Positions 35,685-46,500 of a DNA stretch of 64,000 nucleotides are shown here, piece by piece. The translations under genes were made by a program, and so were the position numbers. Every line of letters starts with the position of its first letter. Position 1 is the first letter of the stretch. The stretch lies in sequence record NZ_CP027239.1; one strand, 5' to 3'. Source of the stretch: a plasmid. The notes below the pieces were generated by a model. It saw nothing but the letters and a program-made list of their open reading frames with translations, ran no database searches and was not told the origin of the DNA.

Positions 35685-36743
35685 ATGTCACGCACGCCGG
35701 ATACCGACGTGGACTCGACTCGCGTCGACGATGCACCGCTTCCGCTTGATTCGGCGTTCGACGAATACATGGCCTACAAGTCGGACGTCTCAGAGGCCAC
35801 CGCGAAGGCCTACCGCAACGACTACGTGAATCTGCGCGGACTCATCGCCCGCAATCTCGGTATTGAACCTGGCGATCTGACCGTCGAGCACCTCCGCGAC
35901 AAGACGGTGCTGTGGGCGGCGTTCGGCTCCCAGTTCAAGGACCGGCCCGCGTCCTCACGCCAGCGAGCCTGGTCGACGTGGAATGGATTGTGCGAGTTCA
36001 TGGTCAACCAGGATTACCTGCCGGCCAACCCGATGCGGGCCGTGCGTAAGCGCAGCTCTGGCGCCCCTCCCCCTCCTCCGAAGTCGATCGAGGGCCCGGA
36101 TGTCTTCCGCTTGCTCACGCAGCTGGCGATGCCCAACGAGGACGACCCCCACACTTGGCGCGAACGCGACCTCGCGCTCGTCCTGTCCGGCCTGCTGATG
36201 GGCCTACGTACGGGCGACATGATCAGCCTGAACATCGGAGATTTCACTCCCCGCCACGACGAGCCCGGCGCCATGACGGTCCAACTGCTCGGTAAGGGGT
36301 CCAAGTACCGGCACGTCACGGCCGAACCGGAGCTGACTCGAATCCTGGAGAAGTACCTCATCAGCAGGGCCAAGAGGCTCCCCGACACGGTCCCGGACGG
36401 GAGGCGCAAGAAGCGCAACCCGTGGCGACGGTTCGACCCGGAACAGCCCCTGTTCGTCGGCTCAGACGGACAGCGCATCACCCGCGGCACGATCCAATAC
36501 CGCGTCAAGCGGGCCTACGCCCGCGCCGGCATCACGCCCACGCCTGGGGCCAACACCCACCGCCTGCGCCACACCTTCGCCATCCAGCTCGCGGAAAGTG
36601 GTGTCCCGGTGCACGCGCTGATGGCGCTGCTCGGGCACAGCTCCATGGCCAGCACCCAGAAGTACCTGGAAGCGTCCGGGGTGGCCACCCGTGAGGCCGC
36701 CCGATCCAACCCGATTTACGCGGCAATCCCGCCCGACAGCTAG
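35685..36743 (+). CDS. int: tyrosine site-specific recombinase / integrase (XerC/D-like)
   Basis: 352 aa. N-terminal SAM-like domain. C-terminal catalytic 'HRLRHTFAIQLAESGVPVHALMALLGHSSMASTQKYL' (R...HxxR...LGH...Y). Confidence 0.85.
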   Translation: MSRTPDTDVDSTRVDDAPLPLDSAFDEYMAYKSDVSEATAKAYRNDYVNLRGLIARNLGIEPGDLTVEHLRDKTVLWAAFGSQFKDRPASSRQRAWSTWNGLCEFMVNQDYLPANPMRAVRKRSSGAPPPPPKSIEGPDVFRLLTQLAMPNEDDPHTWRERDLALVLSGLLMGLRTGDMISLNIGDFTPRHDEPGAMTVQLLGKGSKYRHVTAEPELTRILEKYLISRAKRLPDTVPDGRRKKRNPWRRFDPEQPLFVGSDGQRITRGTIQYRVKRAYARAGITPTPGANTHRLRHTFAIQLAESGVPVHALMALLGHSSMASTQKYLEASGVATREAARSNPIYAAIPPDS

Positions 36744-36875
36744 GCACTTTTCGCAGGTCAAACGGGTTCCCCCACTTGTCGTAGGTGCGCGTTAGGGTCG
36801 TCGCACACGGAACCCACCCCACCTATTCCGTCTTGCCCGACGTCCGCTTCGGCGGGCCCGTAAAGCGAGGCCATC

Positions 36876-37295
36876 ATGCGAACCCACCCCACCTCTGTCG
36901 TCACCACCATCCCCACCGACCAGGCCACCGCAGCCGCCGTATCGCCCCTGTGGTTGATCCTGGCCGGCATCGGAATCGTCCTCACACTCATCCTCGGCGT
37001 CGCCCTGGCGGTGCTCAGCTCTCCAGCTCACCGCACCATTCCCACCCTGGAGCGAGCAGTGCGGCTCCGCGACGTATTCGTCGCTCCGGCCGCGGCCGTG
37101 TGCTGCGCCCTCCTCGGGGCCGCGGTGCTGGGCACGTCGCACGAACTGGCCGCCAAGCGCGACAACGCCCACACCGATGCCATCGACAAGACCCAGTCCG
37201 CACTCGCTGAGCGGTTCGCCACCGCGTGGGCCTGCCAGGCGGTCGATGACTCCGCACCCTCGGCGACCACCGTGGCGTGCACGCCCATCCCGTGA
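36876..37295 (+). CDS. membrane protein (2 TM), hypothetical
   Basis: RBS AGCGAGG. 'SPLWLILAGIGIVLTLILGVALAVL' and 'FVAPAAAVCCALLGAAVLG'. Confidence 0.45.
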   Translation: MRTHPTSVVTTIPTDQATAAAVSPLWLILAGIGIVLTLILGVALAVLSSPAHRTIPTLERAVRLRDVFVAPAAAVCCALLGAAVLGTSHELAAKRDNAHTDAIDKTQSALAERFATAWACQAVDDSAPSATTVACTPIP

Positions 37296-37359
37296 GCGGC
37301 GGCGGCACGGCCCGCACTTAGGGTGAGGCCCAACCAACGGACCTGACCAGGAGCACATC

Positions 37360-37740
37360 GTGGACACCGCCGCCGATTACACCGACGAGAGCATCGCAGC
37401 GTTCCTCACCGCCGTCGCCGACATGCTCGACACCTGCGCAGACAGGGGAACCCAGGGCCGCTGGCAGGTCTCCCAGTCCCCGCGCACTTTCATCACCAAC
37501 GAGTCTGGCGGCGTGATCTGCGGGGCGGTCCAGAAGTCCAATGCGCGACTGATCCTGGCCGCCAGCCCTGCCGGTCCGCGCGCTACCGCCGCACTCTTGC
37601 GGGCCGTGGCCGAGCAGCCGGTCACCGACCAGTCTCGACCCGCTCGTGATGCCGCACTCACCCTGGCCATGCACCTGAACACGCAGATGATGCTCAAGGC
37701 CGACTCTCGCCTCCAAGCGGCGCAGGGCGCCGCCAGCTGA
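37360..37740 (+). CDS. hypothetical protein, coupled to the downstream helicase gene
   Basis: 126 aa. Stop TGA overlaps the helicase ATG (TGATG at 37738-37742). Confidence 0.45.
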   Translation: MDTAADYTDESIAAFLTAVADMLDTCADRGTQGRWQVSQSPRTFITNESGGVICGAVQKSNARLILAASPAGPRATAALLRAVAEQPVTDQSRPARDAALTLAMHLNTQMMLKADSRLQAAQGAAS

Positions 37741-39479
37741 TGGCCACCCGGATACGCCGCTCGACTCGGCGCAGCGCCCCGGCGAAGAAGAAGTCGACCA
37801 CGACGAAGCCTGCGCTGCCGACGATCCCGCCCGGTCAGCGCGTGTGGCTGCTGGAGCTGCCCTGGGGGGGACTGGACGGCGGGAAACCGGCTGGGGTCAC
37901 CTACTACAAAGCGCTGACCGCGCATGCTTACGTGGGCGTGTCGCTGCCGGAGAGGCTGGCTCCCTACGCCAGCAAGCCGTACTCGTATCTGCGGTGGATG
38001 GAGGACGAGCTCAACGGCGCGAAGGGCCCTGGGGCGACTTCGTCCCCGATGCAGTTGCGGCCCGAGCAGAGAGACGACGTTCGAGCGATCGCCGACGTCG
38101 CGGCGCGCGGGCTGCGTCAATGCCATCTTGGCAACCAGGTCGGCACGGGTAAGACGCTCGTCGCGGTGGCGGCCATGAAGGTGATCGCTCATATGCGGGG
38201 AGCCAAGACGGTGCTCGTGACTGTGGATCGGCCCGCGCGGATCACGATCCCGTCATGGCGGCGCACCATCGCGGCCCTGGGCGACGACGACCTGCGGTGG
38301 GTGATCATGTCCTCCGACAGTCTCGGCAAGCTCATCGGCCGCAATGGCAGACCAAAAGTGGCTTTTGACCTGGCCGTTATCGACGAGGCTCACCAGTTTC
38401 GTCACGACTCCAAGCGCACCGGCTACATGCGTCGCTTGACCCGGATGGATGCACCACCGGAGAAGGCGCCCTTCGTTCTGACAATCACCGCCACGCCGGG
38501 ACATCACCCTGGTGAGCTCGGATTTCTATCGTCGTTATATGCGCAGGTTCACGGGGATCCGCCGGCGGAATGGGCCGAGTTCGGCAAGAAGCTCGCCTCC
38601 CTCGGAGTGCCCCTGGAGCTCTCCTACGGCAGGTGGACTTGGGCACCGGAGGCGAAGCGATCCCTGCAGGTCCAGCAGGACGCGATCAGCTCGGTGCGCG
38701 ACACCCTGACGCGGCACGATCCGCCGCTCATGCTCACCAGGGCGGCCCCCTGGGGGCCGGCGCCGTTCGATGTGGACTTGATCGACCTCACGCCTGACCA
38801 GTGGCGTGCCTACGAGCTCGAGTGGGGAGACTTCCAGCGAGAGATGAAGCTGGCCCGTTCAGGCAACAACGTGGCCCGCGGGCTGGCAGCGATCGTGAGA
38901 TTGCGGCAGAAGGCGTCGATGATCCGGGTAGAGCACACGGTCGATGCCGTGCGTGCCGAACTGGAGCGTGGCTTCCAGGTGCTCGTGGCTACCGAAATGG
39001 TCTCCACCGCCGCGCACCCGGTCGCCGAGATGCTTGAGGAGCACGGCGTCTCCGTGGCCCGCATCTATGGCTCCAACCCGGAGGCCGAGGCGGAGCGGAT
39101 GCGGTTTCAGCGGGGTGAGGCCAAGGTGGTTGTGTTCAACACTCCGACGGCGATCAATCTGCAGGCGAGCGAGCAGTTCGAGGACGGCACACGCGCGACG
39201 TCCACACCGCGGCGAGGGTTCATGCACCAGGCGTCGTACAGCGGACTGCGTGCAGAGCAAATAATGGGCCGCAGTCACCGCAATTTTCAGGTGTGCGAAT
39301 GGTCACTCGTCGCGGGGGTCGGCACGATCGAAGAAAAGGCCGGATTGATCATGCTCTCGCGGCTAATTGCGTCCACTACCAGCACAGATGGAGACGTGTC
39401 AGCATTGTCTCAGGTTGCCGCCGTCTTCGGAGCAGACTGGATTCCCGCTGCTCAGCTCGCTCCCGAACTCGAGCAGTGA
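37740..39479 (+). CDS. SF2 helicase, SNF2/DEAH-like
   Basis: Motif I 'GNQVGTGKT', motif II 'VIDEAHQF', motif III 'LTITATP', helicase-C region with 'QIMGRSHRNFQ' (SNF2-type motif VI). 579 aa with a roughly 110-aa N-terminal extension. Confidence 0.75.
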   Translation: MATRIRRSTRRSAPAKKKSTTTKPALPTIPPGQRVWLLELPWGGLDGGKPAGVTYYKALTAHAYVGVSLPERLAPYASKPYSYLRWMEDELNGAKGPGATSSPMQLRPEQRDDVRAIADVAARGLRQCHLGNQVGTGKTLVAVAAMKVIAHMRGAKTVLVTVDRPARITIPSWRRTIAALGDDDLRWVIMSSDSLGKLIGRNGRPKVAFDLAVIDEAHQFRHDSKRTGYMRRLTRMDAPPEKAPFVLTITATPGHHPGELGFLSSLYAQVHGDPPAEWAEFGKKLASLGVPLELSYGRWTWAPEAKRSLQVQQDAISSVRDTLTRHDPPLMLTRAAPWGPAPFDVDLIDLTPDQWRAYELEWGDFQREMKLARSGNNVARGLAAIVRLRQKASMIRVEHTVDAVRAELERGFQVLVATEMVSTAAHPVAEMLEEHGVSVARIYGSNPEAEAERMRFQRGEAKVVVFNTPTAINLQASEQFEDGTRATSTPRRGFMHQASYSGLRAEQIMGRSHRNFQVCEWSLVAGVGTIEEKAGLIMLSRLIASTTSTDGDVSALSQVAAVFGADWIPAAQLAPELEQ

Positions 39480-39659
39480 GCAAATCTCGCACTGCCAGTC
39501 CGTGCAAAATCAGTGTGGAGGGCATATAGTCATCTGTGTCGCCCATGGTGACGTTCGGCTCAGCCGAACCCTGCAATCGTGGCGGTTCGCACTCCTACCG
39601 TCACGTCTGCCTGACTGTTGCTGCGAGGCAACCCCGGCAGTTTGTTTCCGATAAGTGGA

Positions 39660-39684
39660 GAGGCCCGAGCAACGCTCGGGCCTC
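39660..39684 (+). terminator. perfect 11-bp-stem hairpin GAGGCCCGAGC-aac-GCTCGGGCCTC followed by ACGCATATTTGCGG
   Basis: Seen in the sequence. About 180 nt downstream of the helicase stop. Confidence 0.4.
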
Positions 39685-39770
39685 ACGCATATTTGCGGCA
39701 AAATGCCGGCACGGGCATGCCCGACAATGAGGCCGCCACCCTCCTTGTCGGCGAGAGGATCCCCACACGT

Positions 39771-40850
39771 ATGTGCCGCGCCCAACCCGGCCCGCGCTGC
39801 CCCAAGCACACGCGCACAAAGCTCACCGCCCTGGTCGCCACGCGTCGCCGTATAGAAGCGAGGCTCGCCGCCGCCTCCCCCAACACCCGCGCCTACGAGC
39901 GCGCAGTGAAAGACCGGGAAGCCAACGACGACCAACTGCTCCTGGCCCACAACGAGCTCAACAGCTCCCCCACCCGGCAGAAGGAGCTCGAGGCCGAGAT
40001 CGACGCCGTCGCCGCCGCGGACCCCAACGACCCCGCCCTGCGCCACCTATCCCGCGATCTGGCCACCGGCCGACTCCTTCACGCCGAGCGACTGCGGCAG
40101 CAGAAGCTCATGCCAGAAGTTGACCTCACCTCCTGCTCGCCAGCCTCCCGAGAGGCGTGGCTTGAACTCGGCGAGGCCCGCGCGGACATGGCTCGCTACA
40201 AGGTGCGGATGGACGTCAACGGCTCACAGCCCGACGTGTGGGCCACCTGGCGTGACCGCCACGCCGACGCCGCCCGCCGCGCAGAACTCGCCGCGGCCCG
40301 CTTCCAAGCGGCCGAGAGCAACGGCCCGAACGCCTGGGCGGCCATGACCGACGCCGAGCGCAGCAAAGCACGTGCCGCCGTCAACGCGACAGCGGACTTC
40401 ACGACCCCCACCGCCCCGCAACCCCTCGAGGACGTGTTCAACGACTACATCGACGCCCAGAACGGCGAACGCCCTCACCTCTCCCCCGAGCTGGCCAACC
40501 AGGACGATGCGAACGCCCCGGCTCCAGAAGTCGATTCCCCCTCCTGGGCCGAGGCGCGAGCCAGGCAAGCCGCGGCGGAAGAAGGCAATCCCGAGCCGAA
40601 GCCGTTCTCCAACAAGCAGCAGACCCCGCCGGGGTACGCCAGCCGACGAGCCAACCGACGGCGGCGCTCCGGCGCAGCCAGGCAGCGCTTGCGCGAGCTA
40701 CGCCGCTCGGCAGAGAAGGCCGGGGACGACCAGCAGTTCCAGTCGTTGATCAGGCCGGCGCCCGGTCAGGACGGGGACCCATCCAAGGCAGCGATCTCGG
40801 ACCCGACCGGCATGATGATGCTGCTGTCGCTCTTTACCGAACGCCGGTAG
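39771..40850 (+). CDS. hypothetical Ala/Arg-rich coiled-coil protein with N-terminal Cys cluster
   Basis: Start ATG 39771 preferred (RBS GAGAGGA, MCRAQPGPRCPKH...). The listed ORF start 39618 would overlap the hairpin; ATG 39717 is also possible. Confidence 0.45.
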   Translation: MCRAQPGPRCPKHTRTKLTALVATRRRIEARLAAASPNTRAYERAVKDREANDDQLLLAHNELNSSPTRQKELEAEIDAVAAADPNDPALRHLSRDLATGRLLHAERLRQQKLMPEVDLTSCSPASREAWLELGEARADMARYKVRMDVNGSQPDVWATWRDRHADAARRAELAAARFQAAESNGPNAWAAMTDAERSKARAAVNATADFTTPTAPQPLEDVFNDYIDAQNGERPHLSPELANQDDANAPAPEVDSPSWAEARARQAAAEEGNPEPKPFSNKQQTPPGYASRRANRRRRSGAARQRLRELRRSAEKAGDDQQFQSLIRPAPGQDGDPSKAAISDPTGMMMLLSLFTERR

Positions 40851-40967
40851 TTCTGCAGCATCAACACTGGTAGAGGGGTTTCGGGTAAGGGTTATCCTTA
40901 CCCGGTTCACAGCGGCATACACAGGGCGCATACTGGTGCAGCAAGTGCAGATCAGAAAGGACGCGCC

Positions 40968-41327
40968 ATGTTCAGCTCACTCCTCACCATCGTCGCGATG
41001 GTGATCGCCGGTGTCATCACGATGGGGGCGCTCGGCCTCGTCGGACGGAAGAACACCGCGGTCTCCCTCCTCGGGGTGGCGATCACGGCAGCGGCCTCGT
41101 ACCTCCTAGTGCTGGCCCACCCCGCCGGCGCCGGCGAGCTCAGCACCCTGTGGCCGCTCCTAATTGGCCTCGGTGTCGCCGTGATCGCCAACGCCGCCGC
41201 TGCCTCCGACATACCCAAGCTGCCGACGCCGGTCGACTCCCGGCCCGGTGGCCGTGTGATCAACGCGGCGACGACCAGCCCGCAGGCAGTCGCCGCCCAG
41301 CCGGCGCCTCACTGGGCTCTCGGCTGA
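40968..41327 (+). CDS. small membrane protein (3 TM)
   Basis: RBS GAAAGGA. Hydrophobic helices throughout. 119 aa. Confidence 0.5.
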   Translation: MFSSLLTIVAMVIAGVITMGALGLVGRKNTAVSLLGVAITAAASYLLVLAHPAGAGELSTLWPLLIGLGVAVIANAAAASDIPKLPTPVDSRPGGRVINAATTSPQAVAAQPAPHWALG

Positions 41328-41398
41328 CACCGAACTGATCTGCGCACAACGAAGGCCCCGCACCAGACTGGTGCGGGGCCTTCGACCATTCTCTGCCC

Positions 41399-42811
41399 CT
41401 ACGCCTGCGGGAACAGGTCGTCGACGACAACCGCCAGGTCGTCGATCTTCGTTTGATCGGCGATGATCCGAGGCAGCTGACGGATCTCCTCCGCGATAGC
41501 ACGAACATGGCACACGATCGCGTCACGCTCGTGCAGCCCGACCTTGTCGAACAGCGGGATCGTGGCCGACTCCCGATCCATCCGCGCACCGTAGATCGAC
41601 AGCAGCACCGGAATCGTCGTCCCCTCCGGCATCTTGAGTGCCTTCTCGATCTGGCTCGCCTCCCACGACGTCGACGATGCCAGGGCGGCACTGGCCGGGA
41701 AGCCGTTGAGATACCACTCTCCGACCCTCGTGGGCTTGCCCGCGAACTCGGAGACACGGAACACCTCGTAGGCCCTCTGACGGGCCTCCAGGGCCGCAGG
41801 AGACAGTGCCTCATCCGGATGGTCCGGCGGCGCGGCATCGTCAGCCGCCTCCGCCGCCTTCACCGCCGCCTCCTGCAAAGGCACCTGAGTCGGATCCGTC
41901 GACGGCACCACGGAATCGTCGACGGTCTCGAAATCCAACTCCCGGTAGGTCATTTCCCCGGTCCTGTACTTGGAGTCCACCAGCGCCACCCCGTGTGGGC
42001 CGATCACGATGTGGTCCAGGTCGGCGTTCGAGGCGGGGATGCGACGGGAGTGCAGGACGATGTACTCCGCCCCCAGCTTGGACAATTCCTCAGCCGTCGC
42101 CTGCTCCGCTTCGATACCGACCTCGATGTTGCGCACCGACATCGGCGGCGGGATGCGCACCCCCAGAGACATCGACTCGACGGGCATGGCCGCCGTCTGG
42201 ATCTGCGACCGGGACTTCGCTTGCATCACCCGCTGGTCCGCGGCACGGTCAGCGACGGCCCACGCCAGCACAGAGCACAGCACCAGCGCCAGGACCGGGG
42301 GCGCGAACGTGATCCACTGCGTCAAGAACATCAGCGCGACCGTGGTCCACTGGCCGGCAGCCATGACCGGAACGACCGGCAAGCGGGTGCGGCGCCGGTT
42401 GATCGGCGTCAGAGTCACCCCAATCGCGGCGACCGCGATGAGGGCCTCCAGCCAGGTGACGTCGATCTGGAACGCCACCGCGGTAGTGGCGATCGCCGCG
42501 CCCGCCGCCGATCCGAGCAGGACCGACGCGCCCCGGGTCGCCGTGTAGAACCGAGCGACTACCGCGATCAGCAGAGCTCCGCCGCCGACCCAAGCAGCGG
42601 CCAGGGAGTGCCCCGTCGCGACCAGAACCACCATGGCGACAACCGCAGCGATCGCCACGAACAGCACCCCGTAGAGGATGGACTGCAGGCGTTCGTAGCG
42701 ATCGCGGTCGCTCAGGATCCCGCGCAGTGAGCCAGCGACGTCGGCGAGCTTGTCCCCGCGTGCGCTGTCCCCGCGGGTGCTGAGGATGTCCGGTGTAGTC
42801 ATGGCGATCAC
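41399..42811 (-). CDS. polytopic membrane protein with C-terminal NERD (nuclease-related) domain
   Basis: N-terminal roughly 200 aa with about 6-7 TM helices. C-terminal 'AEYIVLHSRRIPASNADLDHIVIGPHGVALVDSKYRTGEM' matches the NERD core. GTG 42811 / ATG 42802. Confidence 0.6.
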   Translation of the reverse strand: MIAMTTPDILSTRGDSARGDKLADVAGSLRGILSDRDRYERLQSILYGVLFVAIAAVVAMVVLVATGHSLAAAWVGGGALLIAVVARFYTATRGASVLLGSAAGAAIATTAVAFQIDVTWLEALIAVAAIGVTLTPINRRRTRLPVVPVMAAGQWTTVALMFLTQWITFAPPVLALVLCSVLAWAVADRAADQRVMQAKSRSQIQTAAMPVESMSLGVRIPPPMSVRNIEVGIEAEQATAEELSKLGAEYIVLHSRRIPASNADLDHIVIGPHGVALVDSKYRTGEMTYRELDFETVDDSVVPSTDPTQVPLQEAAVKAAEAADDAAPPDHPDEALSPAALEARQRAYEVFRVSEFAGKPTRVGEWYLNGFPASAALASSTSWEASQIEKALKMPEGTTIPVLLSIYGARMDRESATIPLFDKVGLHERDAIVCHVRAIAEEIRQLPRIIADQTKIDDLAVVVDDLFPQA

Positions 42812-42863
42812 CTTAAGCGGCGCCTATGCCGGTGTGGTGTGGGCGTGACCTGGGGCCGAGGTG

Positions 42864-43484
42864 TCAGCGGCGGACGGGAAGTCGCTCACCGAACTGGATG
42901 TCGTCAACGCGCCACACACCGTCCACCTTGCGGACATCGAGATAGTGCACCACTCGGAACTGGCCGATCTTCGAGCCGTTCCCGGCGGTGACGTATTCGT
43001 CGACCTCGACGGCGCGACGCCACCTGTCGGGCTCATCCTCCGGGTGCTCCTCGACCATGATGTGCGCCTCTGCGGCGATCGTCGCGTCTCGCTCCAGCCA
43101 TTCGGACCACTGCATGGACGGACGTGCCGAGCTGCTGTCGACGATCAGTGCGTCGCGCAGCTTGCCGGTCATCAGGTCCGCGGCCCGGGCGAACGAGTCC
43201 CCAGATCGGGGTTCGACGGTGGTGTCGCGGGTGTGAATGATGCGGATGGTCTCCAACGCGACTTGCTCCGGGTCGGTGTCGTCCACGTCGGAGCTCGCCG
43301 CGTCTGGCAGGTCGGCGCCAGGTTCGCGGCTCGGCCACTGTGGCTGGGGTGAGCTCGTCGGGCCACTGGAGGACAGGATCGGGGCCGATGGGGGCGCCTC
43401 GGGCTCGTCGGGGCTGCCGCACCCGGCAAGTGCCAGCGCCGCCGCCACCGCGCCGAGGAGGCTGATTCTGCTCTTCTGGTTCAT
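42864..43484 (-). CDS. lipoprotein, hypothetical
   Basis: Signal peptide with lipobox 'LALAGC' (MNQKSRISLLGAVAAALALAGCGS). Confidence 0.6.
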   Translation of the reverse strand: MNQKSRISLLGAVAAALALAGCGSPDEPEAPPSAPILSSSGPTSSPQPQWPSREPGADLPDAASSDVDDTDPEQVALETIRIIHTRDTTVEPRSGDSFARAADLMTGKLRDALIVDSSSARPSMQWSEWLERDATIAAEAHIMVEEHPEDEPDRWRRAVEVDEYVTAGNGSKIGQFRVVHYLDVRKVDGVWRVDDIQFGERLPVRR

Positions 43485-43523
43485 GCGGGCAATCGTCTCC
43501 CTCGTTGTTGCCGCCGTGGTGCG

Positions 43524-46500
43524 CTAGGCGGCCTCGGGGGCGGGCTCGAGGTCGTCAGCGGTGAAGCGCATCACGACGGAGTCGTCGGCCCACCGTTGGA
43601 ACTCTCCGACGGGGACTCCGTCCATCTGCGCCTCGTAGTAGGACACCCCGGGCTCGGCGACGAACGCCACGTGTTCGGGGCCGTTGCCCTCGAAGCGGGA
43701 GAACACCACGTCACCGGGTCTGGCCTCGTCCACGGGAACTTCTTGACCGACTTCTAGCTGCGCCTTTGTGCCGTGGGGAACGATGTAACCGATGTCGCGG
43801 AACGCGATCGAAATGAGGCCGCTGCAATCGAGCCCGGCCGGGGTCTTGCCTCCCCACACGTACGGCACCCCCTCGTACTTGCGGGCGGCTTCCAGTGCCA
43901 TCGCCCCGATGTCGCCGCGGCTGGCGGCACGACTGCCGGAGGGCTTCTTGGACCTGCCCGAGCCTGCCTGGCCCGTGCCCGCGAACTTCTCCCGGCCGGC
44001 CATGATTTTCGCGACGTACGGCTGGGTCTGGGTCGTGTAGTCGCCGCCGGAGGGCATGCCTCCCGCGTTCTGCACTGCGCCGGGGCCGGCGTTGTAGGCA
44101 GCGATCGTCAGCTCCATCAGGTCGCCCTTGACGCTGCCGTCGTCGATCCACCCGCTGATCTGGTCACTGAGTGCGCACATGAAGTCCGCTTGGGCCATGA
44201 CCGCGTCACTGATCTTGAACGGGTCGCCCGTACCCACCGGCCCTGTCGGCTTGCCGTTCTCGTCTCGGGGGCTGCCCCACTGCGGCCAGGTGTAGGGCAT
44301 GAACTGGGCCGGGCCCTGCGCTCCGACCCAGCTCTCAGCCCTGGGATTAAAACCGGATTCGGCGTCCAGCTGCGCCGCCAGCAACGGCGCGTCGATGGCA
44401 TCGCAGACCTGAGCACCGAGCTCGATCCACTTCACGAACTCGGGCGGCACCGCCCCGTCGTTCAGCGCCTGCCCGGCACCCACTGCGCAGCCGGCCTGCT
44501 CCTTCGGCAGTCGCTCCAGGCGGCGCCCGGCCTGCGCGTTCTCGTCGTCCCACAGTTCATCGACGATGCCCGCGGCCAGCGGCTCCCACCGCTCGAGCTC
44601 CTGCTCCAGAGCGGCCCGCTCCGGGTACATCTCGATCAGGACGTCCTGGCCGGGCTCGTCCGCCCATCCCGGCCGATCTGCTGCGACCTCCTCGAGCCGG
44701 TCCATGAACGTCTTCGCGGCCCGCATCGGGTCCATCAGCTGCTGCTGCGAGGTTCCCGCGAACGGGGCCTGCGCGAAGATGCCGACCTTGTTGACGTTGT
44801 CGTCGGCGTCCATGTTGATGAAGTTGGCCTGGTGGCCGGACAGCATCACGGCCAGGACTGCGGCCTGCGCCTGGTTGTCCAGATCCGACTCCTTGGCCTT
44901 GACGATGATCGCCTTGATGGTGATCTGCTGCTCGGGGGTCAGATCCATCGACAGGAGCTCATCGTCGCTGCCGCTGAGCCGCGCCGAACTCCGGTCCTCG
45001 GATCGTTCTGGGCCGTCCCCCAACGACTCGTAGCTGGTGTCTGCGTTGGGGGCGCCGTTGCCTTGGAACGACACGTGGACGTGGTCCATGTGGTTCTGCG
45101 TCGGGTCACCCTCGTCTGCCATGTCAGACCACTGGCCGCCCTCCCAGTAGCGCTGCTGCCAGATCACCGACACGACGTTGAGGTCCTCGGCGTGCTCGAT
45201 GAAGTAGTCAGCGATGCGGTCACCGAGCTCACGGCCTCCGCTGTCCATGGGAACCATGGCGTCAATGGCTCGGCCTGAAGGGTGGTCGGTGCTGCCGCCG
45301 CCGTTCGATCGCCAGCCGCCGATGGTCTTGACCTCTGGGAACTGCGCGACCACCGTGCGCATGCCGCGTACCGCGTCTACCTGGAGCTGGTCCTCTGACC
45401 CGACCTCGGCAGGGGTTGGGGGCAGTTCACGGCCACGGTTATCGTCGTCGCTGCCGCTCACGAAGGTGCCCGGCGGTGCTGGCTTGAGCTCCCGCAGTTC
45501 CGGGTAGGTTCCGCTGGTGCAGGCAGGCCACGCTGACCAGCCCTGCTCGGCGAGAACCTTGTTGGCGACCTCCATCTGCTGTTCGCGGGTCGCCTGACCG
45601 GCCGTGGGGGCGTACTCGGTGCCACCGAACGCCGTCCAGGTCTCGAGGGCGAACTGTAGCCCGCCTGAGTACCCGTTGCCGGTGTCGATTGACCAGTTGC
45701 CTCCCGACTCGCACTGCGCGAGTTTGTCCCAGTCCGCGGCCGTGACGGTGCCGGCGGGCTGGCCGTCGCCACGGTCTTGACGGTTCGCCACCTGCCGCGA
45801 CCTGGTCTCGGAGCCCTCGTCTTCATCGTCCCGGTCTTCCGGTTCGGGGGCCTGCTCGCGTAGCCGGTCGAGCCACGGTTTCGGGTCCACTCCCGCCCCC
45901 TGGGCCCACCCTCCCGGGTACACGCCGAAGTGCAGGTGGGCCCCGGTGGAGAAGCCTTCGTTGCCGATGTCGGCAATGTGCTGTCCGGCCTCAACCTGGT
46001 CGCCAGCCTGGACGTGCAGCCCATCCGACTGCATGTGCCCGTACAGACTGTCGACGATCTCCCCGTCGATCTCGTGCTCGATGATGATCCAGTTGCCGTA
46101 TCCCGAGGCCGGGCCGGATTCCTTCACCACGCCGTCAGCCACGGCGTAGATGGGGGTGCCGATGGGTCCGCCGAAGTCCAGCCCGTCGTGGACGGATCCC
46201 CAGCGGGGCCCGAACGGTGATGTCTCCGGGATGTCGGGATCCACCGGGTAACCCATCTGCCCGTTGCCGCGGGTGGGGCGCGGCGCGTCGGCCCCGCCTC
46301 CACGGGCGTTCGCCTCAACGCACTGACCTGCATTGAACGGGGCGGTGGAGCTGATGATTCCGCCGAGCACGGCCGAGGACACGACGTTGACGATGGTGAA
46401 CGCCACGAAGGTCAGGGCGACCAGGAAGGCCGCGATCGCCGCGTAGATGATGCGGCGCCGGCGCTTCTTCTTGGCCTTCTCGTCCGGGGAGTCCAGCGGG

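Noticed and set aside
39618-39770. Listed start of ORF 39618..40850
   Set aside because: It would run through the perfect 11-bp hairpin at 39660-39684. An internal ATG at 39771 has a proper RBS.
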